This document shows, one piece after another, positions 27,351-40,641 of a stretch of 64,000 nucleotides of DNA. How positions within the stretch are numbered: position 1 is the first letter of the stretch; the number at the start of each line of letters is the position of its first letter. The translations under genes and the position numbers were made by a program. The notes beneath the pieces are model-generated. The model saw nothing but the letters and a program-made list of their open reading frames with translations, did no database searches and was not told the DNA's origin. Origin of the DNA: Octopus bimaculoides (taxonomy: Eukaryota); contig NC_068988.1 of the NCBI RefSeq assembly GCF_001194135.2, forward strand, positions 96,852,983 to 96,916,982. Reading direction: 5' to 3'.

Positions 27351-29805
27351 TCAGGCAATGATTGGAGCAGCAACAGCAGCAACCGTAGCAGCAGCAGCAG
27401 CAGCAACAGCATCACTTGTAGGTGAAGGAGGTGATGGAGAAAGGACAGCTGTAGCAACCTGGCTCAGTGTTGTCATCACGTTGTCTATTGGTTGCCAACG
27501 GGAATCATCAAGGGCCTCAAATATTTCCTGCAACAAATTAAATACAACAAAATTTCAACCACAAAACTTCTTACACTATTTCAGTTGCAAAGTTTTTAAA
27601 ATTTTCTTGAACTTGTAGAACTACCTATACATTTTACAAAGTCTCCCTAAGAAACTTCGTTTCTTAGGGCTGGGCAACCAGATTTGCAGAGCTTTTTAAA
27701 GTCATCCTTCTACTGAAAGGAAGCAGGGACCATAAAGTTTTCTTAAATCTGATGAAATGTGGGAATGCTCATCACCTTTTAAAACCCTCGAATAACGAGG
27801 AGGCTGAGAAAGTATGATCTGTTTACATAATCCCAAAGTTAATTAGTTGAAATTAGTTGCATTAATTTAATTTGAACTGTTACAAGAGAGAAAGAGACAA
27901 TGTGCGCACATGCACATAGAAAATAGATTAAAGACTGTCTTTACTCACTTCACTCTGTTCAATGAATTCCGCATTGACTTTGTCGACATCGATTTCAAGG
28001 ATGGGGTCTAAATAAAAGAGGGAAAACAGCAAAAGGTGATTGGGATGGAATGTACTGGAAGGATTCAAATTAAAAACAAACAAAAAACATCACAGTTGAC
28101 TTTGGTAGAATTCATTCATTAGTGTTGGTCATATTATAAAATATACTCAGTTCAATGTTGGTGAAACAAAGAGCATCCATCTAGAACCCCCCCCCCCCGG
28201 TCAAGCAAAAGACTCAGAAAGAGGTGTTGATGACAGGGAAGGCATCCAGCTGTAGAAATATCTGCCTCAGAATGTTGTAAGGCATTTTCTTCAGCATTCT
28301 TATTTAAATGAAAACCTTCCATCATAATTGTACCTTACAAATCTTTTATGCCCATCATCATCATCGTTTTAGCAACCACTTTTCCATGCTGGCATGGGTT
28401 GGATGGAGTTTAATGAGACAGATTTTCTCTAATTGGATACTTTTCCTGTCAACAACCTTCCCCCTGTTTCCATGCTGAGTAATATTTCCTCATTTCCAGA
28501 CATGTTTCCAAGTAGAATATTGAAAATGAATGATGACATTCATTTACAACAACCATGCTGAGACGAGGAGACTCATACACACACACAGAGAAGGCTTCCA
28601 CACAGTTTCTGTGTACAAAATCCACTCCAAAAGCTTTAGTCAGCCTGAGGTTGGTAGAAGACACTTGCCCATGGTACCATGCAGAGGAACTGAACTTGAA
28701 AGGCTGTGCTTGGAAAGCAAGCTCCTTAAACACACAGCCACACCCACACCCACCAATTTCTTAGATAAATAAATGAACCTGTTGGCTATTTTCATTAAAT
28801 TCCTAAATTCTTATTTTGCAAATTAACTGAAAACCAGAAGTTAATTAGGGTCAGAGAAGAGTTAAGGATTAATTACTAACCTTCCAGCATCTCCATTTCT
28901 TCATCTGTGCCTTGATCATAATAATCCTGGCGAAGAGAAAACCATTAATGTTAAAACATGATAAACTGACCCCAGAAGAATTTCAATTCAGAGCATAAAA
29001 GACAAAGGAATATTGATAAGCATTTTGCCTGGAATCCTAACGAATCTGCCAGCTCACTGCTTTAATAATAATAATAGTGGTTTCTAATTAAGACATAGGG
29101 ACAACAATTTTAAGGATGGTGCTTTTTATGTGCCACCAGCACAGGGAGCCAGTCAGGTGGCACTGGCAACAACCCACGCATGAATGGTGTGTTTCAAATT
29201 TTCCCATAAAGCCAGCAATTATAAGAGAAGGAGATAGTCGATTACAGCAGCCCCAGTATTGGATTGGCATTTCATCACAGAGTTGACCCCAGTGGAATTT
29301 CAACTGTGAACATAATGGGTCACAAGAAATGATGTTAAGCATTTCGTCTGACACACAAACGATTATGCCGGCTTGCTACCTTAATAACACTCCTTTCTAA
29401 CATAGACAGCAAGGCCTGAAATTTTGTAGGGAAGGGGCTGGTTGATTACATCAACCCTAGTGGTCAACTGGTACTTATTTTACCGACCCTAAAAGGATGA
29501 TGGGAAAAGCCAACCTCGGCAGAATTTGAACTCAGAATGTAGAACTAGAAAATGCCCCAAAGCATTTTATTCAGTGTGCTAATTGTTCTGCCAACCCCCC
29601 ACCCTAACAATAAGAATAATAAATGAGTTGCTGTATTAAATGGAAGCACACTATGAATGACAGATTCTCATAAATCTGGATTCAATCAACAAATCCAAAA
29701 TTTTCTACTGACAAACACACCCAAACACCCCAGACATTACCCCACCTTGATTAGGCATTGAATGAATCACAACGAATGGCAGCAAGAATAAAAAACGAAT
29801 AGTTG

Positions 29806-29855
<50 letters not shown>

Positions 29856-32800
29856 ATGTCTGCAACCTACCTGTACATGATCTGTGGTGTAACCACCAGC
29901 ATAAGGGTAACCAAACTGGCTGTAATACTGGGAATAAGCTGACCAGCTCTGGTAATATTGATATTGTTGGTATTGTTGATAATACTGACTGTATTGCTGG
30001 GCACTCTGGGTTCCAGGAACATCAGGAGGGGGGGGCCTGACAAACATAAATTATAAACAATTTTTTTTTTCAATTAGTGAAAAACATACAAAGGAAAATT
30101 ATTGAAAAGGTTGCAAGATGCAAAGAAAATTTTAGAAAAATAAAAAAGACATAAGTGGAAATTTTACTGGTGAGTGTGTTAAATTATAAAGTACTAAAAG
30201 AGACTGACACTCCCCAGACACAACAGAATATGCTTCAACACACGAACTCACATAAAGAGGAGGACTGGACAGCAAAAGCAGAGAAATGAATAAAAATATC
30301 TTTTAGTTTTCTTTTTGTGCTGGTGCCACATAAATAGCACCTATTATACTCTGTGGAGTGGTTGGCATTAGGAAGGGCATCCAGCAGTAGAAACCTTGCC
30401 AAAACAGATGACTGGAACCTGGCATAGCCTTCTGGCTTAGCAGCTTCTGTCAACCCAACCAACCCATGCCCACATGGAAAAACAGAGGTTGAATAATGAA
30501 GATGACAAACCCCCTTCTGAGGTGAATATGTTCACAGGTGGTGCTCCATCATGGTCACAATCCAATGATTGAAATCAATAAAATAAAAAAATTAAAGAAT
30601 GGAAGAATAAATTAAGGAAAACCAAAATGAAGCAATGAATTCCTTTGTTTGGTTACAATCTCCCAAATTGGTAAATGATATCCAAACTGTTTACACATAC
30701 CTTTTAGGTGTAGCTAAACTAACCCGGATTGGTCTCCGGCCAATGGACACATGCTGCATCTCAAACATTGCCTTCTGCTGCTCACTTTCATCCGTAAACC
30801 GGACAAAGCCGTAGCCTTTACTGCGACCATAATTGTCAAGCACCACTAATACAAAGAAGAGAAACAGAAATGACAGGAAACAGAGTTATACTCGTCAGGT
30901 CAGTGTGTGTGTTTTATGGTTTAATCAAAAGAAGAAGTACAGCATTAATGGCCTTGCTATGGGGCCACTGGGCCAGATAGGCAGACTGGACGTTATCTTA
31001 AAACAAAGTGAACAGTATTAAAGATATATGGTGGTGATAAGCCATATAATGGATTAAATCCCTCAGCAAATAAAGAGACGATAGCTTGACCATTCATGGT
31101 GTCCATCAATGTGTGATCTGATCAATCCTGTACAAGAATAAGAGAATATTTGATTGTGTGACCCACTATTCAACAGCAACATTTTAATGTCCAGTTTTCC
31201 AATGCTTGCATGGGTCAAGCAGAATTCATTGAGACACACAACCATGCTGACCTCATGCCACATCCTTACCCCAATCAATATTTACCTTCGTTGATTGTCT
31301 TTTTGCTATTCAATTTTCTTAGCAGTTGCCAATCTTAGCCTGGAAGCTAGAATTTTGCACAAGCAGTTGAATTAGTCAGTCTGAGGACCTGTAACTTTGC
31401 CATCCAAGATTTATCACAACTGATTGCTGAGCTTCTTAAACAAGGGCCCTGAACTGTTTTGTTATTCAAATTTCCTAATAACTGTCTATTTCTCATTAGC
31501 TGCCAACTTATTCAAACAGTGGCCCCGATACTTCCTCAAAACCTGTCAAACCAATTAAGTTCTGCTACTCAAAATCAGCAGCAATTAATTATGAAAAGTT
31601 GTAAGTCAGGAAGGATGTTTTTTCGATTCTTACCTTTAGCAGCACTGCAGGAACGGAAGCATTTTGAGAAAGCACTGTACAATTCATAGTCATCAACATC
31701 ATCAGAGAGGTCTCCAACAAACAAGGAGTATTCCGGACTGTGAAATGAAACACATTCACCATGAAACAAGGACCTCGTTTAGATTTATATGTTTAAGGCC
31801 TAAAGTAATTTTTTGCATTGTCATAAAGACACACATTTGAAGGGAAGAAAGAGAACTGAAAAAATTCTTAGGATATAACTGGTACTTTGACTAAAGGAAG
31901 AATTGAACTTATGACCTAGTGGTCAATAGTCAAGCCCTTTAACCGCACAACTAGATAAAATAAAACCAGAAATCAGTTGGGGCCCATATCTCAAAGATCA
32001 AGAGGGACTTTAAAAGCTGTTACTGCTCTCTAAGAATGCAAAAACAATTACCATGATTAGATTTATGGTACCTGAAGAGGACAGACTCAACATTTCTCAT
32101 CAACTGAAGAAAAAAAACCCCAGATATCAGGATTTGTTTGATGGGTCCCTTGTTAAGGGATGGCATGTGGACTCATCCCCAACTCAAGTTGGTTGCCATG
32201 GCTTCCCAGTTTGACCAGTGCACATTTTCCTGAAGAAGATTAGTCTGAAATTCAAACAAATGAAAACAGACACCAAGAAGAGAGGCAATGGCCCAAGGTG
32301 GCAATGGTTGACAAGAGACTTGCAAGTGGAACCCTTCCACAAGTGAAGACTAATTCACTCTTCACTGCCCCACTCTGTGTACAGAGTGTAGAGGCTAAGG
32401 GGCAAAACGCTTGTGACCCTGAGATATCGGCTGACGATACGGAAGTGTTTCCAACATTGTGATGAATTCAAGAAAGAAAAGAGCTTGCAATGCCCCCCCC
32501 ACCCCAGAAGCTCTTGCAGTGGCTCTGAGAATGAACGCCACCTATGTATACCAAATAAACAGAAAAATACTTACGTTGATAAATGTTCTTTTCCATAACT
32601 AGCTCTGTTTAATTTAAAGCGTTTTGGCTGGGAAAATGGTAAAAAAAAAGAGAATCAAAACAATTCAAATCTTCACTGAAAACAACATTGATACAAAATG
32701 GTGAATAATGAGAGGAATAATGGAGAGGAAAAATGGTGAATAATGAGAGGAACGAAATATGTGGAGACAGTTGAAAAGTGGTTGGAGCACAGTTAATATC

Positions 32801-35800
32801 TTCAAAACATAATGATGGACAGAGTGATTACAGTAATGATAGAAATGAGGACTTCATCCATTTCCTGATAACACAGTCCCATCAAAGTAGAGGTTATTTC
32901 CAATTCGTGACAATTGACGAAGCATTTGGCAGAGAGAAATGATGCAGAAACTGATCCTCACTCGTCTTCATCATTTCATATCCAACTTCCCGGATGGCAT
33001 CAAGTTGGATGGATTGACAAGATCCAATGGATTTAAGGACCACATCATGCTCCAGTGTTCTGCTTTGCCATGGTCGCCACAAATGGATGCTGCTCCCCAC
33101 AACCATGGACTCGGTGTATTTTCTATGCCATAAGCATAAGTGAGGCTGTCATGCAATTCACAAGACTATGAACCCTTGGGGGTTCATAGTCAGGTATAAT
33201 GTTTCCTCATCATACAACCATAAAAGTGCTAATCACAATGAAGGAATCAACTTAGTTTATAATAAGTATCCGGACTGTTGCCATAGCAATGAAACTAAAG
33301 CATGCAGAGTGAAGCTGCTTGGCACAAATTGACTTCGCATGTGCACCATTAAGTTTTAATGTTCTAGCTGTTTACAGCAGTGCTTGGTTGTAACAAGTGA
33401 TCATCACACTGACCATGAGAGAGGAGATCTCGTGCAACTGAAATCCGATTGTCCTTCTGGTCAGCTGAAATCAGGTTTGGCACAAACTTGGCAGACACGC
33501 GTCTCATATCAAAATCTTCAGTGATGATACACTGAAATGAACCATAACTAATCTGCACATCCTCTGATAACTCACAGATGGTGATTCAACGATTTCCCCT
33601 CACAGCTGCAATTTTTATCTCAATTCTGCTGGTTAATGTGACAGTTCCATAAAAGGAAAGAATGCTACTGTTATTTAGCCCTAGGAAACACTGTTTCCTG
33701 TTGGACTTGACACAGGAAATGTGTCAAGTCCAACAGGAAACGGTATTTCCTAGGGCTAAATAACAGTAGTATTCTTCCCTTTCGTGGGACTGTCTCATTA
33801 AGTCGACAAAATGTACTATCACTTCTCTCAGACTTTGTATGAAACATGGATTTGCCAATAAAATATCCAAACCAATGGACATTGAAATGAGACATTAAAA
33901 GAGAGATAATGTAATTACAGGGATACTGTTAGGCACAATCTTGCCGTTCAGTCTTAACATGGCTCGGTGTGCCATCTCTGGAGAAGAAAGTTCAACAAAA
34001 CAGTAACCAGCAGGCACTCTGCAAAAGAAACAAACAGAAAATAGATTATGAAGAGAAAGGCATGGCTGGGGGGTAAGAAATTTTCTTCCCGACCACATGG
34101 TTCCGGGTTCAGTTCCACTGTATGGCAACTTGGGTAAGTGTCTTCAAACCGTCCAACCCATGCCAGCATGGGAAACAGACGTTAAACGATGATGATGATC
34201 CTGCATGCTCTCTGGAGTTTGTAAGTAATTTCGATGTAGGTGACCTAATTAGCAGTGCAGGGGGGTTGTACAGAAAGTGTAATTGCTAGAATAAGAATAC
34301 CATGAAGAAAGTTCAGAGGTTAGAGTATGATAGAAGTATTGATAGTCAACAAGGTATTGGTTGACCCAGGATTATAACAGAAGACCCTTACCCAAGGTGT
34401 CAGGCAGTGAGACTGATCTTGAAACCATAAGGTTGCAAAGGTGAACTTCAATCAGCATTGGAAAATACACACACAGAGGTTCTTAGATAAAATTACAATG
34501 GAAGGCTTTGATAATATAAACAAGTTAATGAGAGGTGTTTGTATAACAACCACAGTGTCAGGTGTGTTAAAAAGTGAACCTAACTTAACAATCTTTAGTA
34601 ATGAATAAGTTTTCTCCAAAATCAAGGAATAAAGAATGCATCCAAATGATGGCGGTGCTACACAAGTTATTCTAGAATTGGTCAACTTGGGAAAACCTCA
34701 CCAAAAGTGTTCTTCAAGGATGATTTAGTTTAACTCTAGTGTTTAAACCAACCGCATCCAGTACAAATGTTCTACCTGTTTTTATGTTCAACTGACCAGA
34801 TCCAGCCTCTTATACCTTCCCTGCAATGTCATTATAAAAATAAACAAGCACATTGTCGAAAGCTTGAAGCTCCAACATAATGCATAATTAATTTTAAAAC
34901 AATGGAAATAAATAGACATTTCATTTGATTGAGAAATCTGAATGCTAAACGGTTAATAATGATGACTTTGATAGATTTCAACTTACCCAGTCTGTTTATT
35001 CCGTATGATCTTCACACTGACAACTGTTTCCCCAAAATAACTAAAAGCCTGAGTGATGAAGCCTTCATCCATATATGGTTCCAGCTGGGGAAAGATAGGA
35101 GAGTGTTCAAAATAAATGTTTTTATTTTTTTAAATTTTTTTTTTTTTTAAGAAATAATAATATCAATAATAATCATTTCCACTGAAATTCAATGGTGAGG
35201 GGCAATGTTAATTATATCAACCCCAGTACACAACTGGTACTTATTTTACTGACACTGAAAGGAAGAAAGGCAAAGTCTACCTCAGTGGGATTTGAACTCA
35301 GAACACAAAGAGCCTGAAGTGATGCCACTTAGCATTTTATCGGGCATGCTGACAGTTCTACCAACTTGCCACTTTAATGACAATAATAATTTCTTTACTT
35401 AGCAATTAAGGATTTACACAAAGGCCTCAGTCCTTGATTTCAGGGACCACAGAATGATGAAAAGCAAAGCTGACCGTAACAGAATTTGAACTCATAAATT
35501 CCATTCTCCAACATTAAGAATTATGCTGACTGGAATTTCAGATTTTATGGATGGTTTTCTTCCAGGTGAACCCTCTACTTATATAAACTCTGTTAGATAA
35601 TAACTGTAAGAGCGCCGAGTGAGGAATCAGCTTGACTTTATTAATCCTTGCTTATCGGATATATACCATCAACAACATCATCATGAAGCTTGCATGGGTT
35701 GGACAGAATTTATTGAAGCGGATTTTCTACAGCTGGATGCCCTTCTGGTTGCCAACGCTTAGAAACTGGCACTTTTTACAAAGCTGTTCTTGATTGCTGA

Positions 35801-38369
35801 AGTTCGTCATTCCAACCATTGAGGAGAAACAGCAGAGAGAGAGGCACCACCCCTCCATTGCATCCAGTAGCTTCACTGCAACGGATGTCATTGTTACTGC
35901 AGATCAAGAGTAGGCCCTGGAGCCAACATGTGGAAGAGCCTGCTAGGGTTGGTTACTGAATTACAACAGTCAACGTCAACCTATGATGGACAGCCAAAGA
36001 AAAACAATATAAGCCAGTAGGTGAGAGCTATAAATATGAAGTGAATCATTATTGAACATAAATGAAAGCACACACACACAGACAAATGAATGCAACATTT
36101 TAAGATATGGGAAAAGAAATCATTAAAATGCTGTTATGAGATCAAATTATACCTGGAGAGTTCAAAGTATTAATTTTAATGCTAAACAACAATGACAGGA
36201 GTATTGCAGTTTTAAGGAGCTTTTGTTGCTGTTATCAAAGTGACATCCAAAGACTATCGGATCAGCAGAAATCCAAGTGACAAAGGCTACTATGTGAGAT
36301 TTGCCAACTTTAACAAATCCGAGGCATTCAATACTTTTTTACTTTGTTTCACACAAAGTTATATATACATACATGTCCAACCCATGCTAGCATGGAAAGC
36401 GGACGTTGATGATGATGATCCTATCATCTCCGTCTTTGATTTTAACACCTACATTTATAATAATAATAATAATGATCCTTTCAAGGCCTGGATTTTGTGG
36501 GGGAGGGGGACAATCGATCACATCGACCCCCAGTACTCCACTGGTACTTAATCAATCGACTCCGAAAAGATGAAAGGCAAAGTCGACCTCGGCAGAATTT
36601 GAACTCAGAACGTATCGGCAGACGAAATACTGCTAATCTTAAAGAAGTTATAAAAATTATTTGAAAATATTTAACCATCACACTTGACACTTCCTCAGGA
36701 TACTTAAGTCTATCTTATTATTTTGATTTTCAGTCCCACAGCCATATGAACCCAAAACCGGAACTCATTTACTGTATCTAAATGCGAAAAAATCTAAAAC
36801 AAAACAACAGGGTCAAACCCGAGCGTAAGAGAAAAAGGATTATAAGAATTGGATGAGATATGATGGCTCGGCCGTCTCTCCCCAGTTCTTATATTAATCA
36901 TTAATATCCAGAAATACAACAACACGAGGGATAACGGTAACAACAGATCAATAGTTTATTCTAGGTTGGTGTAGAGCCGTTTCGTTCCTGGGTGAATAGG
37001 CATGCCGCTAGAATTCCAAAGGAAGCTTCGAGCACATGTCGGGGTTGAGTTGGGACAGCCTGGAAGAATGTCCTGTCGCCACGGCTGCTGGATGGATAAG
37101 AGAGCGAACACTATTGCTTTCACTCCACCTGTTGCATTGCGCATGCGTGCTCGGGTACTTCCGCTGACGGCAAGTCCCTTGCACATGCGCAATGGCACTT
37201 CCCAAGATGGCGGTCACTACAGAATAAAATACATTATTGATCGCATTATACATGAGTAAATGGAGTTTATTGTGGAGAGAGAGAGAGAAGACGATGCAAT
37301 CAAGGATGAGAAAATCATTGGTTGTATGTCTACAGGATAAAGTTGTTGGACCGAGGGTTAAACAATAAAAGTACACAGACGATATGGAGATACGTAATAA
37401 AGAGAAACATGAAAAAGCAGTGTAATTGATTAAAGGAAATAAAAGACCCAAAAGGCATAAAACCATTTTTCGTTGCCAAACATAGAGACATAACGGCATA
37501 TGTATGTGTGTATATATATATATAAGCATACCTACGCAAATGTGTCTCCCGTCACCAGGCTTTGTTTCCTCATTACTTTCATTACTTTTGATAACATTTC
37601 CCACAAATACCTTTAACGTGGTGAAGATTCCCATTATTTCTGAAACTTTTTCCCAAAGTTATGAGGAAACAAAGTGTAGTCTTGTAAGTATGCCGAGAGA
37701 GAGGGAGGGCTGTAGTCCTACACTTCAATAAGATGAGATGCTTGTGATTGAATGTCTTAGATTTTGTTTGCTCGAGATTAATGAGTGATTTGAGGTTAAA
37801 CTTCGATAAAAAAAATGCTTTGAAATAAATCGTAAAATACAGAAACAAAATCATTTTTTTTACAGAAGTTGAAATACAAAAAGGAACTTTATATCAACTT
37901 TTAATTGAAACAAACCAGCTTTTTTCGCCCTTTATATTTCTTAATTCAATAAAAAGAAAAGCAATCCAAACGTTTTAAACGATAAACAATGACATGTTTA
38001 CCAAAAAATAAAATAGTTGGACCAAATAGAATGTATTTTATTTGCTTTCTGCAAACATTTCATAATTATTAATATTATTTCCCTGTCAGATCTTTAATTT
38101 TCTACATAACAACTAAAATAACAGGAATTTTAAACAATTTTATTTAAAAACAAACAATGGAACAAAACAGGATTCCCAGACAACAGAAACGAAAAAAATA
38201 GAGAAAATGGATAAAAGGATTCCGAAAATATTGTTTTGTTTGTATTCTTTATGAATTACGATGTTGATTTCGTTGTATTTTGATCAATAAATGTAGAATT
38301 AGATGATGAAGGGAATAAATAATTACTTACATCTCCCATCCAAAGTGTTGAGGTCCCAGTTGCAGACAT
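27351..38369 (-). CDS. TRNAU1AP: tRNA selenocysteine 1-associated protein 1 (SECp43): two RRMs plus a Tyr/Gln-rich region
   Basis: 10 exons in transcript order: 38331-38369 ([13 protein letters not shown]), 34987-35084 ([14 protein letters not shown]), 33919-34018 ([10 protein letters not shown]), 32575-32627 ([12 protein letters not shown]), 31634-31737 ([10 protein letters not shown]), 30701-30845 ([12 protein letters not shown]...IRVSLATPK), 29871-30036 (QYYQQYQ), 28881-28926, 27949-28007 (NAEFIEQSE), 27351-27527 ([15 protein letters not shown]...TGA). All GT-AG with consistent phases; motifs match the vertebrate protein as I recall it along its length. Confidence 0.95.
29440..29600 (-). 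mobile_element. SINE family A, diverged copy
   Basis: Reverse complement of the family A body with CpG decay; ends approximate. Confidence 0.7.
33400..33625 (-). mobile_element. Mariner transposase remnant in TRNAU1AP intron 3
   Basis: [44 protein letters not shown] matches the mariner linker motif (R..SAKFVP..L...QK..R). Confidence 0.8.
35215..35375 (-). mobile_element. SINE family A, diverged copy
   Basis: Reverse complement of family A with many CpG to TpG/CpA changes; ends approximate. Confidence 0.7.
36481..36632 (-). mobile_element. SINE family A copy
   Basis: Reverse complement of the family A body. Confidence 0.8.
37100..37215. promoter_or_regulatory. Housekeeping-promoter-like motif cluster inside TRNAU1AP intron 1
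   Basis: NRF1-like TGCGCATGCG (37138-37147) and GCACATGCGCA (37181-37191), ETS-like ACTTCCGC (37157-37164) and YY1-like CAAGATGGCGG (37203-37213), all in a CpG-rich patch. Motif resemblance only. Confidence 0.5.
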
Positions 38370-39420
38370 CGTTTAAAAGAAGCTTTTAAAGTTATTCAGG
38401 ACAATAAACAAAACAATTCGTTTTAATTTATAGTGTGAAAGTGTTCAGATGAAGAAGAAACTCTCGGAATAAAAGAGAATTACAACAAAAGGAATTTTCC
38501 GTTTTGACGAAACACGTGGAAAGAATCGAAATTCACAAGAATTGATGTCAAAAAGCAATTCATACAACAATAATTATATTTAAATAATTCAGTCAATATT
38601 CGGTTATCAATGGTCTAAAGAAAACATTTTTAGACATCTTAATTCTTAAATATATCAAAAATCTTTAAATAATTTCCCTCAAAGACTTTTACGACATAAA
38701 ACTGTCGGCATTTCGTTTGAACCGGTGTCGCAAATGAAAAAGCAGCCAGAAACAATTTATCCCCCTTCACCTCGTCTGGAACAACAGGAAGAATAAATTC
38801 AGTCGTTATTATTTTATGTCGTATTCGTTAAGTTTACCGTATTTACTCGTATTTAAGTTGCGCCCTAAATTTAGTGTTAAATCTTGATACAAAATTGTTT
38901 CGTTTCATAGTTTAGTTTTGCCCTATCCCAATTTTTTCAGTTAAAAACCAAATATAAAATAGTGCGACTTATACAAGATTTAGTTATACGGTAATTTAGT
39001 TTAAGTTGGGGAACGAGAAATTCCAATAATGTGACACAACTATTTGGAAAGTCTTCCAATCCTCTTTATGGAAGGTAAATGCTTTTTACTTTCTCTCTCT
39101 CTCTCTCTTTTATTTTATTATTTTAATAATATGATGAATTAATAGGAATGTATAAATCCCACACAATCCTTAACTTACAAGAGCTGTCCCATTACTATTT
39201 AAGTCCGTATGGATGGTCATGGACGGGCAATTAACGGAGCAGTTATTAACAGTTACCTACCCTTAACGTTTCTCCCCATTCACGCATGGTCTCTCTTTCT
39301 CTCTCTCTTCGGTATTTGTCTTTCTATTTGTCTGCACTGTTTTTAATACCATTTTCAAATAGAAAAATTAGCCGCTATAACAACTTGCTTCACAAATAGC
39401 TACAAGAATAAAGGTAAGAA
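38370..39420. promoter_or_regulatory. Probable bidirectional promoter / 5' UTR region between TRNAU1AP (-) and ZDHHC16 (+)
   Basis: Head-to-head start codons 2.3 kb apart; CpG retained. Plus-strand donors at 39075 (AAG/GTAAAT) and 39414 (AAG/GTAAGA). Candidate non-coding exon 39363-39413 follows a pyrimidine tract plus AG. Confidence 0.5.
38837..38991. mobile_element. Tc1/mariner-superfamily (Tc2/pogo-like) MITE
   Basis: TA-CCGTA...TACGG-TA ends with subterminal symmetry (TAAGTTGCGC / GTGCGACTTA). Confidence 0.6.
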
Positions 39421-40641
39421 TTTATTGTTCTATTTCATATCCGTCTATTTATTCAGTTACAAAAATCTGTACGATCTAATCGGGATATTTCATTTAATAT
39501 TTATAAAATCAACGTCAGTACTTCAAAATATATAGTTTTAAGTTACCAATTCATAATTCGCTTTATATTTACGCAACAAAGTTATTAAATTGCATTAGTA
39601 ATCTGTTTATCTTTTCCAGCATGCACTAAGTTTAATTTCATTGACAGGCATAAAATCTTATTTATTACCCTAACGTAAATCCTCACTGAAACTACATGGT
39701 ATTCATGTTTTTCTCATGGGTCAATATTAGAGACAAGTAACACTAATTAAAAGCTGGTTGCACATTCATGTGGGGAGATATAGTGTTTAGACGAGCGAAG
39801 CTGGCCATTAGATACCATGTCATGCCTTTGTCACCAATTTCCTATTACACCGGTAGCAGTTGTTTAAATAACGACTCCGTTGTTGCTGGGGAGCTGTGAG
39901 AGTTATTTCCCCCTGTTCGTTGGCTGCCGGTAGAGGGAGAGGGTGTCTCCTGAATGGCAGCTTCCAGGCTGGGACTTTACTGAGGAGAAGCAATTCTATC
40001 CGAATGTTATTCTTCTTTCCGACCGAAAAGGGAAACTCAAGAATATAAATATAGATCTTTAGAGGGTGTCATAAGACACTGACACGCTTTGAAGGATTTC
40101 TTTTTAGAAATTCCTTATGTCTTTTGTGAGTATATTTTTATGCAAGGTGTTCGTTTCCTAAAAAACTTCAAATTCTTCCCAAAAAATAAGAAGAAAAAGG
40201 ATTTATTTATTATTTTTAGCTTCAAACAAGTTTGGGAAATGTATTGTGGAATTATTTGTAACTCTTCTAATTCGTGCTGTCTAAATGAGGATTTTTATTT
40301 TTATGATGTTAATTGGAAAATCGGAATCACAAGAAACAAATGAAGAAATGAGTTTTGCTTGTTTCATTGAAGAGAAAAAAAAAATTTATTTATTTAAAAC
40401 TTTATAGATAATTATGAAAAAGAAAAATAACTATTGGAAAACGTCTGCACTAAATATAAACACGGACAAACTTTAAAAGATTGATAATAATTGAATGAAA
40501 AATTAAAAAAGGAAAAACCTCAACACAGCAAAGTAAGATTTTAATGAAAAAGTACGGAAATGTCGATGACTACTAAACTTTGTGTAAAGTCATGAAAGTT
40601 TTATCTGGATTATTTAGTAAGTGTCAACGTATCATTGAAAT

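Noticed and set aside
36733-36771. Minus-strand [12 protein letters not shown] resembling TRNAU1AP exon 1 (STLWMGD)
   Set aside because: It is followed by TGA rather than a GT donor; probably chance similarity.
39780-40030. Minus-strand AAAGTCCC resembling the RNase MRP P4 5' strand
   Set aside because: No matching 3' P4/CR-V segment was found downstream.
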